Shown piece after piece: positions 39,160 to 50,436 of a stretch of 64,000 bases of DNA. Where the stretch lies: assembly GCA_012441205.1 (NCBI GenBank), contig GCA_012441205.1_4705.1, one strand, 5' to 3'. This DNA comes from a phage. Position 1 is the first letter of the stretch. The number at the start of each line of letters is the position of its first letter. The notes below the pieces were generated by a model, which saw only the letters and a program-made list of their open reading frames with translations, was not told the DNA's origin and did no database searches. The translations under genes and the position numbers were made by a program.

Positions 39160-41391
39160 TTAGAAAAAACCGCCCGGGCGGTATTGGCCCATCGTCATCC
39201 ACGCATTACGAGAAATATTCCGTTCATTCGAAGAGCGGCTTATTTGACGATAAGTATTCGCTCGTTCCTCCCTTGCTTTCGTGATCATCGCATCAATAGA
39301 AACAGCCGCTGAATCCTCCCCACGTATTTTTCCTTTATACGTAAGAAGCTCTGCCTCCAATCGATCCAAGATAAGGCCGTTGGTTTCGGTCTTAAGCAAC
39401 TCATAGATTTCAGCAACGCGTTGACGTAGCTTCGCCTGCTGTTGGTTAAGATACGCTTCATACGGATCGATTTCACCCGTTACAGATGCTGGTAAACGAC
39501 TCATGACTTTAAGTGGATCGATACCGTAATGGATCTGTTTCTTAGCACGCTTGATGAACCACATCGCTAACATCCATGCGAACGTCATGTCATCGTGCAT
39601 TCCATCCTGGTGATCGACACGCCCATCTTTGATAACCAATCCGAGGATCTCGGAACACAGCATCTTGTCACGTAACTGCCCGCGGGTTTCTACAATACCT
39701 TCCATCAAGATGTCGGAATACAACTCCATACGTTTGCGCGCATCCGTTGTGAAGCCTAAATGCCGTTTACGTTGAGCATACCAACTTTCATCACGCATGC
39801 TCAATGGTAATTTCAGGTCTTCGAACATCGCTGGATTATCAGCATGCCTGTCTACAATCGTGTTGTATACGCGTTTGAACACGTCGATGCCCGCTTGCCG
39901 CAAGAACTCTTCAATTGCGTCTAACAGCATGATTGCACTGCTTTTACGTTCAGGAATCAACGTAACGTTCTTAAAACGCATCATGAAGTTGGCCATCCAA
40001 CGAGCAAAAGAAAGCAGACTCAGTTTATTAAAACGTCCTGTCGCAACAACTTCTGCTGTTTCTACATCCACCATCACCAAACCGATAGCGTCACGACCTA
40101 TTGCATCGCTGGTGTCTAAACCAGCAACCACCTTATTGTTCTGCATGTATGTCTCGATTTTACCTCGAGGTATATACCAGTTAATGCAGTAGCCTTCAGG
40201 TGAGATCTCGATATGGTCGATTTCACGTTGTCCCGCCATGATCATCTCAACCATCTCAGCGGTTAACGGGCTTTCTGCTGAACCGTTGGTCCAGATGTTC
40301 ATGTAGTCGCGGTCTTTCTGAAGTTTATCACCTTCCGTTTCGTTCATGGTTTTTGCTAACCATTCATCACTGAAGCCCAGCTGAGCGTGGTTCCATTGTG
40401 CCCCGATCCTGACGGTTGCTTTGCTGAGCTCGCACGGCACGTTGTTCAATACCGTCTGATGCAGATGCTTTTCATTACGGCAGTCAAAGAAACTTTCAGA
40501 GAACGGCGCTGAACGCATGAAAACTTCATAAGCCCATTTGCCTTCGCGTTTATCCAATTCACCTGCTGTTGTCGTATAGATGATACTCGTCAGGTCGCCG
40601 TTGCTTAATGCTTCATCGCGTGCCGCACCCATCGCACCGATACCAGCAGGAACAATGATTTCGATGTATTTCGTAAACGCGGTTTCGTCGCTATGGAATA
40701 GCGGGGTTGTTAGACCACGGCCGATGTTTGTTGCTTGTTTCTTATCCGAACGTGGAATCTTTACCGATAACTTGTTCTTGAAACGTGTGTAGGTTACGTT
40801 CTCTTTGTTCGATGAATCACGGCTATCCAGCGTCCAGAGATACGCAGGCAGCAGATCACGTATACTACGCACATCTTCTACTGTTTTCGTACGGGCATCA
40901 CCGTCTTTTGTTAACTGAATAACCTCGGTGTTTCGACTACGAACATAGGTTAGATAGCAGAACAATCCTAACATGGTCATGGATTTACCCGTCTGACGTA
41001 TCTGTATCTGATACCAGTTCGTTCGGGTAAATATTCCCCAGAGCATCGGAATGTTACCGCGGTTAGCACGGAATGAAATTTTGTTATCACCCGCTTTAGC
41101 CGGAACACGCATCACTTCACGGAAGAAGTACCATGGATTAAGATAGCATTCCGCACTGATCATCTGAATCTGTTCTGACGTCAAATTCGGTGCATGAGGA
41201 TCAACACCAATCAATCTTGGGTTTAATAACGCCATGAAAAACGCAGAGTTTCGGACACCGAATTCACGACGATACAAGATCGCTAAATCACGCCAACTTG
41301 TGTTTGTTGTTTCCCAGTGTGGAACAGCCTGAGGAAAATAATCCCAATCTTCCTCAAACAGGATGATTTTCTTCGGATCGACAATCGACAT
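39160..41391 (-). CDS. terminase large subunit (ATPase plus nuclease)
   Basis: 743 aa; Walker A-like IRQTGKSM near the N-terminus and a C-terminal acidic nuclease-like HQDGMHDDMTFAWMLAMW; GGAGGA RBS. Confidence 0.55.
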   Translation of the reverse strand: MSIVDPKKIILFEEDWDYFPQAVPHWETTNTSWRDLAILYRREFGVRNSAFFMALLNPRLIGVDPHAPNLTSEQIQMISAECYLNPWYFFREVMRVPAKAGDNKISFRANRGNIPMLWGIFTRTNWYQIQIRQTGKSMTMLGLFCYLTYVRSRNTEVIQLTKDGDARTKTVEDVRSIRDLLPAYLWTLDSRDSSNKENVTYTRFKNKLSVKIPRSDKKQATNIGRGLTTPLFHSDETAFTKYIEIIVPAGIGAMGAARDEALSNGDLTSIIYTTTAGELDKREGKWAYEVFMRSAPFSESFFDCRNEKHLHQTVLNNVPCELSKATVRIGAQWNHAQLGFSDEWLAKTMNETEGDKLQKDRDYMNIWTNGSAESPLTAEMVEMIMAGQREIDHIEISPEGYCINWYIPRGKIETYMQNNKVVAGLDTSDAIGRDAIGLVMVDVETAEVVATGRFNKLSLLSFARWMANFMMRFKNVTLIPERKSSAIMLLDAIEEFLRQAGIDVFKRVYNTIVDRHADNPAMFEDLKLPLSMRDESWYAQRKRHLGFTTDARKRMELYSDILMEGIVETRGQLRDKMLCSEILGLVIKDGRVDHQDGMHDDMTFAWMLAMWFIKRAKKQIHYGIDPLKVMSRLPASVTGEIDPYEAYLNQQQAKLRQRVAEIYELLKTETNGLILDRLEAELLTYKGKIRGEDSAAVSIDAMITKAREERANTYRQISRSSNERNISRNAWMTMGQYRPGGFF

Positions 41392-41399
41392 ATAAACTC

Positions 41400-41426
41400 C
41401 TCCGATGGAGGGTGCCGAGCACCCTC
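41400..41426 (-). terminator. hairpin immediately upstream of the terminase RBS
   Basis: 12-bp stem gatggagggtgc/gcaccctccatc, then GGAGGA and ATG. Confidence 0.45.
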
Positions 41427-41441
41427 CATCGTTGTATTACC

Positions 41442-43181
41442 TTATGCGACTTTACTAATAACGACTGCTGTGATACCGAGATGTAGGTCGACGCCATTCT
41501 GTACTTTAATCCAGCGGATATACAGGTTAGCGTTATCCTGTCCCGTACCACCTGGGACGTTATTGTTCCTATTCCATTGCGAGATTTCGAAACGTTTCTG
41601 CACGTTAGGACCAACCATGATTTCAAAGTGGGTCGGTTCTGGTGCTTTCGATTCCGTTTTCTCAAGATAGAGCGGATGTGTCGCGTAGTAAAGTTGGTTC
41701 AACCATTCACCCAGATCTGAGTGTTTGTTCGTCAAGTCAACATACGCGTTACCAGCAACATCGTAAGTAAACAACGCTTTCGTGTTACGACCGTACACAT
41801 CCGTTGTCGTCGGCGTTGTTTGCGAGCTGAACGTTACTGTCCAGTAATCACCGGATGTTGCCGAACCTGCTTGCAATAGCGTCATTCGAATAGTCTGCGT
41901 ATGACGTACGCGTTTGTAAACGGTAGGATCGACTTCATCTAACCAGATGTTGTACGCAAATTCCTGAGGTTGTCCGTATTTCTTCGGATTAAACTCAGGG
42001 CTGTTCAGCGCCAATTGTACTTTATCGGTTACGTTGTAGTAACGTTCACGGTCGACGTTGTACAACCAGAACACCAGCTCGTATCCCACAGCATCAGATA
42101 CCCATTGCGGATAGCAGAACAGTTTAACACTGTAAGCCCCTTTCGCTTCTTTAGAAACGACGGTATAAGGCACACTGATGTGTTTCACCGCTCCTGGTAA
42201 CGCGTAGGATGTGTCCTCATCGTCGTCCAGGTAGTAGTGTAACGCCAGCGGATGTTTGCTGTTGATGACCTGGGACGTGAAGACGTTAAGGCCGTCCAAC
42301 ACAACCTTGTTACCAGTAACCGGCCAATGTTTAATGGAACCATCACTGTAAGTGACTTCAGCCTGAAGGTCGACGGAATCCAGGTTGACGTTGATCGGTA
42401 ACTCAAGCAGTTTGGTATCGCTGCTGCTCAGCCACGTTGATTTCAGTCGTACCCCGTCTTCCAGAATATATTTAATACCCTGGTCTGGGGTGCGTACATA
42501 GTCAGTGATACGAACGATCATGCGTTTCATGGATAGCGGCTGCGGACCGTCACCATAACCTACTACCATCACCTGCTCAAAATCTTCGACAGGCTTAATG
42601 CAGTAACCTTCACGAGGTGCCCAGATAGCTTTATTCGTTCCGTCTTTGTAAGCGATAAGCTGACACGGAATGAAATCGCTGATCTTATTCCCGCTGTTGT
42701 CATACATCGCACTGATGATTTCGCCTTTGGCGCTGATATCAGAACCGCGGAACACTGCGATACGTCGAATATCCGAGCCATGCAGATGGAAACGACGATC
42801 GATGTTCATTGTAGCAGGGATCGTGTTCGTATTAATCAATACACGCCATGTATCGTACGACCACGTCGGGTCAATACCTTCAAAGGTTGTCGTCCCATCG
42901 CCCTGACCATCGAACGGAGCAGACAGCTGACCGATAAGTTTAAGGGTACTTAGTTTTGTGCGATCGTCTACGGCGATAACACGGTACACCGCATTCGTAT
43001 CCCAGTCTTCAACTTTATCGTCCACGTTGGGGACGTAAAGTTTCCAGTCTTCTTCAACGCCATTATAGATCTCTTTATACGCATAGGTGGTATAGCGTCT
43101 GTCGAGATCCTGAATAGCGAGTTTATCCGGATGCTGTTGTGCATAAAGCACCGGATTGGTAATCTCTCTTCCCATTATCAC
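41442..43181 (-). CDS. hypothetical protein, possibly virion-associated
   Basis: 579-aa ORF upstream of the terminase gene. Confidence 0.45.
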   Translation of the reverse strand: MIMGREITNPVLYAQQHPDKLAIQDLDRRYTTYAYKEIYNGVEEDWKLYVPNVDDKVEDWDTNAVYRVIAVDDRTKLSTLKLIGQLSAPFDGQGDGTTTFEGIDPTWSYDTWRVLINTNTIPATMNIDRRFHLHGSDIRRIAVFRGSDISAKGEIISAMYDNSGNKISDFIPCQLIAYKDGTNKAIWAPREGYCIKPVEDFEQVMVVGYGDGPQPLSMKRMIVRITDYVRTPDQGIKYILEDGVRLKSTWLSSSDTKLLELPINVNLDSVDLQAEVTYSDGSIKHWPVTGNKVVLDGLNVFTSQVINSKHPLALHYYLDDDEDTSYALPGAVKHISVPYTVVSKEAKGAYSVKLFCYPQWVSDAVGYELVFWLYNVDRERYYNVTDKVQLALNSPEFNPKKYGQPQEFAYNIWLDEVDPTVYKRVRHTQTIRMTLLQAGSATSGDYWTVTFSSQTTPTTTDVYGRNTKALFTYDVAGNAYVDLTNKHSDLGEWLNQLYYATHPLYLEKTESKAPEPTHFEIMVGPNVQKRFEISQWNRNNNVPGGTGQDNANLYIRWIKVQNGVDLHLGITAVVISKVA

Positions 43182-45772
43182 TCACCTTTGATTGTGTAAA
43201 ACTTCGTGAAGTCCACGCGATCTTTCAAGAACTCACGACTGACGCGTTCTAAGAACCGCAGTTGTTTAACCGTAACTTCAAGCGGCGTCCAACTGTCGTG
43301 TGGATGAATAGAGACCATCCGCCAATCGTAATTACGTAACGCAGGATCGTAGTCATAGAACCATTTATACGGCTCCATGAAATCCATCAGTTTAACGTCC
43401 TGCATATCAGGATCGGGATCGATAACACCATTGATAAGATCGTACGTTACCGCCATCAACGTTGGGCTGATAAGCTGGTATTTGTTTTCAATCGTTACCG
43501 GCGTATCGTACTTCACACGAGGGAAATACAAGGACATATAGTCTTCAACGCGTTTATCGGTTTCAAGACTTTTGTCGCGTAGATAATACGTGTCTGTGTT
43601 CACGAGACCACGGATAGGGGCAATAACATGGTAAATCGCATAAGGCACCCCATCGTTGACTTTGATGTCGGCAGGGTATTGCGTGTCCTCTGCGGTAACC
43701 ACTTCGCTACGATCGTAAATACGTCCACCAACCACAATACGAACAACATGGTCGTCACGAACATTAAACACGTCGTCGTAAGAAAGCTGATTATGCATCG
43801 TCCAACCGGTATCGTAAACGGTTTCACCGGTTAAGTCCGTACGTGGAAAACCAGTACATCTCACGGTAACCGTGTGCGTGTTCCCTTCACTGAAATACCG
43901 TTTCGCGTTGATCATGATCGTTGGCCATTTTACGATATAATCGATATCGCGTACCAAGCTGTAGCTTTTGGTTGCTCGCTCGTCACCTAACCATACTTCG
44001 ATTTGACCAGGTTCGAAAGGCAGCGGATATTCAACATCAATACCCGTCGTAACATCCAACCATACGGTGTGGTTACGATGTTGTATTGTGGTCTTATACG
44101 CTAAGAAGTAGGTGTCGAACAATACTAAACCGGTTTGCTTTCTTCCATCCAACGACCATTTTATTACCCCGTTCTCTTCCGTTACCACAGAAGCATCGTC
44201 GGTAACATCCTTCCATGTGTTCGCGACAGGTTGTCCGTTACGAAGATTTACGCTATAACAGCGGTAACTCGCCCATTCACGGATTGGGACGTCGGCAACA
44301 CCCATCACGTAATCAAGCGTTCTCCCACCAACACCCGATCGACCCTCAACATAGGACGTGGTTTCATATTGCGGATAAAAATGTCGGCCTGCCGGATGTT
44401 GCGTGATACCCAATAATAGACCGTCACTGTCGTACTCAAAGAACGTCGCATTTGCACGTAAACCCCATGGTACTTCAGCGGTAGGGGTACCCATATCGTC
44501 AGTAACGCGTTGTGGACTATCTGCAACCAGTTTTGCCATCGCGTTATACCCGTAAGCGGAGGTCACCATGTCGATCGTGATATTGCTTTCCTTATTACGC
44601 ATGATGCGTGTATAATCACTGGCTTCAAGCGTGCGTGCAAAGAACTCGGGTATATTAGCGTTCTGTTCTAACATCGCACCGACGATGACGTCGTCTGGAA
44701 GTTTATACAGTTCGTGGATGCGGTTATGTTCGAAGGTTAACTGCGTTTTCAAACCGCTATCACGGACAACCACTTCCAGGGTTAAATCACGAAGCGATTC
44801 TGCTCCATCAACCCGTTCAACGAAGTAGCTGACATAATCAACAGGAATCCCGTAATCACGATGCGTGAGCATGCGGATACTATTTTCCTGGTTGGTATGG
44901 TAATAACGTCCTTTTCCGTTAGGCCCTTTCACGTAGATATCAACGTCATCACGATACCGGATTTTAGTATCCGCTTCATCTTTCGGCGGATGAATAAGAT
45001 ACTTCACTTTTTTGTCCAGATCGCCGTTGTACGTTTTAAGATCTTCTACACGGAAGCTGTACCGATGAACAACGGTACCGTCATAGACGACCTGAATGCT
45101 ATCACCGATCTTAAAACTTGTCGGCGGAATGTCTTCAACCGCTTCACCATTGATACTGCAGTGCGTCCAGCCGATACCGGTTTCCTGAATCTTTTTACGC
45201 CAGGCGTATAGCTGACGCTGCCACTGTAGAACCTGTGTCGAGCTGGTTACAATCCCCCCAAGGACATGCACTTCACGCCCCGTCGGTTTCGTGTATGACG
45301 GATAGCCTTCTGCGAAGTCGGCGTTGAGATAGGTGCGCCAGTAATAATCACCAACGCCAAGGTCAGCGATATTCGGTTGGTCGAGCACACAGACCAGCAT
45401 CGTTTCGTTTTCCAGATTACCCGTCCACGTTAATGTCAACGGGAATTCTTTACCGTCCTCGGTATAGATATTGTAATACGATCCCTTCACCTCACAGAAC
45501 TTGCTGAGTTCTCGCCACCACAACCGACCCGCCCCGACATTAAAATCCTCCCCCATATGTCGTCCAATAACAAACACATGGAACGTATTGGTATCATCAG
45601 GAAGATTGAATGTACGATGCCAAGCCGTAAAGTTTTTTACTGCGCCGGTCTTTCCGGTAATACGACGCATCTTGATACGATGCTGGTTGTCCATTAATGG
45701 ACGGCAGTTCACATTCAGCGCAGCATGATTTATCAAGTATTGCGCTGTAGGATTAGAAGCGTTCAACACCAC
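43178..45772 (-). CDS. large hypothetical protein, possibly structural
   Basis: 864-aa ORF, ATGA overlap with downstream gene. Confidence 0.45.
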   Translation of the reverse strand: MVLNASNPTAQYLINHAALNVNCRPLMDNQHRIKMRRITGKTGAVKNFTAWHRTFNLPDDTNTFHVFVIGRHMGEDFNVGAGRLWWRELSKFCEVKGSYYNIYTEDGKEFPLTLTWTGNLENETMLVCVLDQPNIADLGVGDYYWRTYLNADFAEGYPSYTKPTGREVHVLGGIVTSSTQVLQWQRQLYAWRKKIQETGIGWTHCSINGEAVEDIPPTSFKIGDSIQVVYDGTVVHRYSFRVEDLKTYNGDLDKKVKYLIHPPKDEADTKIRYRDDVDIYVKGPNGKGRYYHTNQENSIRMLTHRDYGIPVDYVSYFVERVDGAESLRDLTLEVVVRDSGLKTQLTFEHNRIHELYKLPDDVIVGAMLEQNANIPEFFARTLEASDYTRIMRNKESNITIDMVTSAYGYNAMAKLVADSPQRVTDDMGTPTAEVPWGLRANATFFEYDSDGLLLGITQHPAGRHFYPQYETTSYVEGRSGVGGRTLDYVMGVADVPIREWASYRCYSVNLRNGQPVANTWKDVTDDASVVTEENGVIKWSLDGRKQTGLVLFDTYFLAYKTTIQHRNHTVWLDVTTGIDVEYPLPFEPGQIEVWLGDERATKSYSLVRDIDYIVKWPTIMINAKRYFSEGNTHTVTVRCTGFPRTDLTGETVYDTGWTMHNQLSYDDVFNVRDDHVVRIVVGGRIYDRSEVVTAEDTQYPADIKVNDGVPYAIYHVIAPIRGLVNTDTYYLRDKSLETDKRVEDYMSLYFPRVKYDTPVTIENKYQLISPTLMAVTYDLINGVIDPDPDMQDVKLMDFMEPYKWFYDYDPALRNYDWRMVSIHPHDSWTPLEVTVKQLRFLERVSREFLKDRVDFTKFYTIKGE

Positions 45773-46700
45773 GGCATGCCTCCAGGAGGTATTTCATGTT
45801 GGCTTGGAAATCATTGACGTCACGCGCCATACGACGCTGATCCGCCATGAGACGAGCCAACACGGTATCACGGTAACCACGATCGTGGTCAGCAGCAGAG
45901 CATAAAAGAATAAATGTTGGTGGATGCTCTAAAGCAATCCCAGCAACTTCTTTACTATAACCCCCAACCCAGCTGTAAGCGGTGATTTCAAACAACAACG
46001 CTTGGGTTAACGTGTTCAAACGGGGACTAATATTACTTTCTTTTAATGCTGTTACGAAAGCTGCCATGTTAGGGATATAACCCAGGTTTTCGGTTACGAT
46101 ACCGATGCTCGCAAAATCGTAACGAAGCGTTGTCTGGATGGTGCGCACCATAGTTAGTCTTTCATTATTTGTAAGGCTATCTTTAAACAGGCAAAGATAA
46201 TACCATGCTGTTATGATGGCAACATCACGACGTTGTTGAAGGTCCAGCCCTAAACGTTGTGTGATTTGTCCGCTAATCCAATCACAAAAGACACGCATCG
46301 GGATAGGGCCAAGACGTTCAAAAGGACGTGTGCCCAAGGATTCCCATCCTACCTGAAGATACGCACGTGATTGAAGAAAGTTATATTCACGTTCGTTAAC
46401 AACGGTAGTACGCGATCCTGGGCGTGAAGTATCTGTTGGGGTGCGCGCGTAAGCGCGTTGGTCGATAACAACGCGCTGTCCGTCCATCACTGTTTTAATG
46501 ACCAACGGATGACCAAAAGAAGGGATATCGTCCAACGTATTTTTGTTGCCGATGACTTCGAGAACGGGAGTGTTTACGCCACTTTCTTCACCGGGTGCAC
46601 TTAACAATCCGCCGACGTAAGCAACTTCGATAGCGGTTCGGATACGGTCAATGCCTTTTAGTTTTGTTCCAACAGTTGTGTCGTAAGGAGAGATGAACAT
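45753..46700 (-). CDS. hypothetical protein
   Basis: 315-aa ORF divergent from the sheath gene. Confidence 0.5.
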   Translation of the reverse strand: MFISPYDTTVGTKLKGIDRIRTAIEVAYVGGLLSAPGEESGVNTPVLEVIGNKNTLDDIPSFGHPLVIKTVMDGQRVVIDQRAYARTPTDTSRPGSRTTVVNEREYNFLQSRAYLQVGWESLGTRPFERLGPIPMRVFCDWISGQITQRLGLDLQQRRDVAIITAWYYLCLFKDSLTNNERLTMVRTIQTTLRYDFASIGIVTENLGYIPNMAAFVTALKESNISPRLNTLTQALLFEITAYSWVGGYSKEVAGIALEHPPTFILLCSAADHDRGYRDTVLARLMADQRRMARDVNDFQANMKYLLEACRGVERF

Positions 46701-46843
46701 ATGTAATTCCTTTATTACGGCATATAAGAAAACGGGTTAAGCACACAGATTTACGCATAATTGTAATATTTTACGTTATGCCTATGACATTGTGTCACGT
46801 GTGCAATTATGTCATACAATTTCCTTAAATTAAGGAGAGTTCC

Positions 46844-48916
46844 ATGAGGCTTAAGAATAGCACGCCTCGCGCGATTTTTACGGGCTTTAAAGAGGGTCTT
46901 ACCACGGATCCGGTTACAGCCCCAGAGATCACGCCCATTCACCTCCCGTATGTTTTCATTCAGGGTGGTCGTGGTAAAGAGGACACCTTGCTGTTAACAG
47001 GGGACGCCCTGTCTACAGTCTACGGTGAAGATATGCTGAACTACCGCAGTAAGTACGCTTCTCCAGCAACACTGATTGCTCGCCAGGCGGCTTCTACAGG
47101 TAGCGCGATCTTCACAAAACGTTTGGTTGCGCCGGATGCAACGGCAGCACGCATCCGTATCGGTGTTGAAGTGGTCGCCGATAAACTGGTCGTTTACCAG
47201 CGTAACGCTGACGGGTCCTTTATGAAGGACACCGACGGCAACAAAATCCCTGACGGCGATAAAACCGTTGACGGGGTGAAAATGCGTTGGATTGTTAACC
47301 ACGACAAAGATGCCGTAGCGCCTAACGCCTTCGGTAAAGATGAAGTGGTTATCGGACAAATGACCGCAGCTGATGGTACCCAGAGCAACTACTATCCTAT
47401 TCTGGATGGAATGGTGAGCTGGCGTGGTGCTGAAGGGGACAACATCGGCTTACGTCTGGAAGCACCGACCGCGCTGAGCAGCAACCCTACCCGTACCGAT
47501 ATCATCGAACGTATCGGTGCTTTCCTGTACCGCATTCAGTTCGTGGAACGTAAGTCTTCACGAACTGCGCCGACGGTCATTCGTACGATCAGCGGTATGG
47601 AACAAGAAACCTTCGCGTTGCAGGAAGGTGTTATCCAGCCTGATGACGAAACCGATCTGTCCTTCGGTAAAGTGGTCGTTGATGCCTACGAGTATAATGA
47701 AACGGGTAACACCCCGATCTTTGCTCCGATGGATCAGATGCATCTTTATCAGAAGAACATCGATGAAGTCGTCAAGAAGCTGTACGAATCTGAAAGCAAA
47801 GTTAACAAAGATCTGTTAACCGACGTTGAATTCGTCGAAGGTCAGATGAACATCTTCACCGGTGTCGATTACAACGGCATCCCGTATCAAACCATCGAAG
47901 TTCTCGATGCGGATCAGGGCGGCGTCATCTTTGATGGTACCAGCACCTTCTACGCAATTGATGGTAGCGACGGTGACGTCGACTGGGATACCTTCGACGC
48001 GTTAGCGAAACAGCAGTTCGAATCGTTCGGCAGAATGGGCGAAGATCTGGAAGACATGGCTTTCTATCCGTTCTCCATCGTGTATGATATTGGTTACAAA
48101 GTCGACACGAAGAAAGCGATGGCAAACGTCTTGTCTCTGCGTCCGGATGTCATGATCATTGCGTCAACCCATACCTGGAAGGGTGTGGAACTGAATGTCG
48201 ATGAAGAAAGCTCCATGGGCGCGATGCTGCGTAACTACTATCGTCTGCATCCAGAAAGCGTGCTTTACAATACCCCAGCTTGCCGTGCTGCGGTATTCAT
48301 GCAATACGGTGAAAGCATCGAAGCGCCAAGCCTGGGTAAAGTTCCGTTGACGCTGGAAGTTGCTAATAAACTTGCAACTTACATGGGTGCTTCGGATGGT
48401 GTTATCCGCGGTACCCGCATCGATAACAACCCTGGTAACGTTGTCACAACGATGCGTAAAATCAACAAGACGTATCGTAACGCAACGGTCCGCGATCGTG
48501 ATTGGGAAAACGGCTTGAACTATGTTCAGACCTACAACCGTAATTCCAACTTCTTCCCGGCTTGGGGCACGATCTACAATAACGACCGTTCGGTATGGCG
48601 TTCGTTGATCAACGTGATCATCGGTTGCGATCTGACTCGCGTGTGCTATCGTCTCTGGGCAGAAACCACCGGTACTACAGGAATGGATGAAACCCTGTTC
48701 CTGAAACTGATGGGCGAACGCTTCCTGGAATACACCACGGGCCGTTACAACGACCATGTGACTGTTAAGGGACGTTTCTACCTGGATAAAGAAGACGGTT
48801 ACAACGGCTTCAGCTATCACGGCGATATCAGCCTGATCGGCGATCCAGGCATGACCGTGGGTACGTTTACCATCACCGGGCTGCGTCGTAACACCGAAGC
48901 AGCAGAAGCGGCGTAA
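46844..48916 (+). CDS. tail sheath protein (phiKZ-like, about 690 aa)
   Basis: size, high-expression codon style, strong AAGGAGAG RBS, followed by tube-sized gene; assignment by size and context rather than motif. Confidence 0.55.
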   Translation: MRLKNSTPRAIFTGFKEGLTTDPVTAPEITPIHLPYVFIQGGRGKEDTLLLTGDALSTVYGEDMLNYRSKYASPATLIARQAASTGSAIFTKRLVAPDATAARIRIGVEVVADKLVVYQRNADGSFMKDTDGNKIPDGDKTVDGVKMRWIVNHDKDAVAPNAFGKDEVVIGQMTAADGTQSNYYPILDGMVSWRGAEGDNIGLRLEAPTALSSNPTRTDIIERIGAFLYRIQFVERKSSRTAPTVIRTISGMEQETFALQEGVIQPDDETDLSFGKVVVDAYEYNETGNTPIFAPMDQMHLYQKNIDEVVKKLYESESKVNKDLLTDVEFVEGQMNIFTGVDYNGIPYQTIEVLDADQGGVIFDGTSTFYAIDGSDGDVDWDTFDALAKQQFESFGRMGEDLEDMAFYPFSIVYDIGYKVDTKKAMANVLSLRPDVMIIASTHTWKGVELNVDEESSMGAMLRNYYRLHPESVLYNTPACRAAVFMQYGESIEAPSLGKVPLTLEVANKLATYMGASDGVIRGTRIDNNPGNVVTTMRKINKTYRNATVRDRDWENGLNYVQTYNRNSNFFPAWGTIYNNDRSVWRSLINVIIGCDLTRVCYRLWAETTGTTGMDETLFLKLMGERFLEYTTGRYNDHVTVKGRFYLDKEDGYNGFSYHGDISLIGDPGMTVGTFTITGLRRNTEAAEAA

Positions 48917-48931
48917 TGAGAGGAGTCCATA

Positions 48932-49822
48932 ATGCGTCCTGATAATACCCTACTCGGTGAACAGGGTGTTGGTGCTCTTAGCAACGCGGCTATGGTCGAT
49001 ATTCGTGCAGGTGCCCAAAACGGGTACATCAGCAATATCGGTACGTACGTTGCTAACGCCAACTACATTCCGAACCAAATGTTCTGTCTCCTGCTGGAGG
49101 CACCACGTGGTTTCAACTATCTACCTAACCCGGATGTACAGATTGGTTATCTGAAGGCGTTGGTAGAAGAAGTTGCGCATTCGATTACCGGTCTGCAACG
49201 CGGATTGGAAGTTGAATTCGTTAGCGTCCCGGTTTCTGGTTCCGGTGAAATCCAGGAAGAAGTCTCTGACGTTAAACGTCCTCGCTCTAACCCGACTTTC
49301 GGGATCTATGAGAAAGAAGGTCGTTCCGTTAGTTACTTCCTGGAACAATGGATCACGTATCTGTTGATGGATCCGGATGCCAAATACCCGATGTTGTCGT
49401 CTATCGTATCCACTGGTGGTCCAACCGACCTGCTGGCGGATTATCGTAGCGCAACAATGCTGTTCGTTGAGCCAGACCGCCAACACAAAAAAGTGGTTAA
49501 CGCCTGGCTGTGCACGAACATGATGCCTCACGGTACCGGTGACTGGACATCACGTCGTAACAAGAACGATGCGCCAAACGTGGTAGAATTGAGCATTCAG
49601 TTCACAGCGTTAACACAGACCAACTACGGCGTGCGTGCTTTTGCACAACGTCTGCTGGATAAGATGAACCTGCTCAAAGTGAACCCGGATTTCCGTCCGG
49701 CTTATCTGAGCGACATCGATCCGGCTGTGGCAGCGCAGAAGGTTGGCTACACCTTCGACTTTGATAACAACGATACCTTTGAGGTACCGAATACTTATCA
49801 AAACGTAACACCTCGCGTGTAA
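48932..49822 (+). CDS. tail tube protein
   Basis: 296-aa ORF immediately after the sheath gene, GAGAGGAG RBS, strong terminator after it. Confidence 0.5.
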   Translation: MRPDNTLLGEQGVGALSNAAMVDIRAGAQNGYISNIGTYVANANYIPNQMFCLLLEAPRGFNYLPNPDVQIGYLKALVEEVAHSITGLQRGLEVEFVSVPVSGSGEIQEEVSDVKRPRSNPTFGIYEKEGRSVSYFLEQWITYLLMDPDAKYPMLSSIVSTGGPTDLLADYRSATMLFVEPDRQHKKVVNAWLCTNMMPHGTGDWTSRRNKNDAPNVVELSIQFTALTQTNYGVRAFAQRLLDKMNLLKVNPDFRPAYLSDIDPAVAAQKVGYTFDFDNNDTFEVPNTYQNVTPRV

Positions 49823-49847
49823 CGTAAAAAAAAAGCATATTAACCTC

Positions 49848-49884
49848 CCTTCCTTCCCCGGCCTTGACGGCTAGGGAAGGAAGG
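49848..49884. terminator. bidirectional terminator after the tube gene
   Basis: 11-bp stem ccttccttccc/gggaaggaagg flanked by an A-run on one side and a T-rich tract on the other. Confidence 0.55.
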
Positions 49885-49896
49885 TTTATGGTTTAT

Positions 49897-50436
49897 TTAC
49901 TGTTTGTTCGTGGCTTCACGAATGAAAATGACATCAGGATATTCTTGAGATTCAATGAATTCAGGATTACGATAACGACGAATATGACGCATCGTTGTAC
50001 AAGCAAGTTTGTAAAGATGTTCCTCCTCACGTTGTGTTAATAACATCAGTTGCGCGTCTGGAATCACGAATGGGAGTCTTTCATTCACGTATTCCCGAAG
50101 GTCATCGAGATCATCGTGATGAATGCCCTCTGAGAGCTTATATAACGCTTCCAGCAATTCTAATCCACCGAACTGGTAACTTCCTATTGTCGTCTTAAAC
50201 AATGCGCCAGAACGCGTGGTGGATGCTCTATCGGCGACATCGTATTGTTCTAACATATATCCGTAGACCATGCTACGTCGATCCAGTGTATCCGTAACGA
50301 GATTACGCCACCGTTCCAGTCTTTCGAGCGCTTTGTCGATAGAGTAAACGATCATGCCATGTTCATCCAACTCTTCCGCAATACCCAATAGTTCATTGTT
50401 GTTAGGTTTTGCTGCACCGATAAGAAAAACACTCAT
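49897..50436 (-). CDS. hypothetical protein
   Basis: 179-aa ORF. Confidence 0.5.
   Translation of the reverse strand: MSVFLIGAAKPNNNELLGIAEELDEHGMIVYSIDKALERLERWRNLVTDTLDRRSMVYGYMLEQYDVADRASTTRSGALFKTTIGSYQFGGLELLEALYKLSEGIHHDDLDDLREYVNERLPFVIPDAQLMLLTQREEEHLYKLACTTMRHIRRYRNPEFIESQEYPDVIFIREATNKQ

Noticed and set aside
41436-41447. Plus-strand TGTATTACCTTA resembling the early-promoter element
   Set aside because: One mismatch, on the plus strand with no plus-strand gene downstream; would give antisense transcription into a minus-strand gene, so not called.
266-49801. Numerous short ORFs (60-190 aa) nested inside or antisense to the large genes
   Set aside because: They lie inside better-supported long ORFs, lack RBS and have skewed composition typical of out-of-frame translation.
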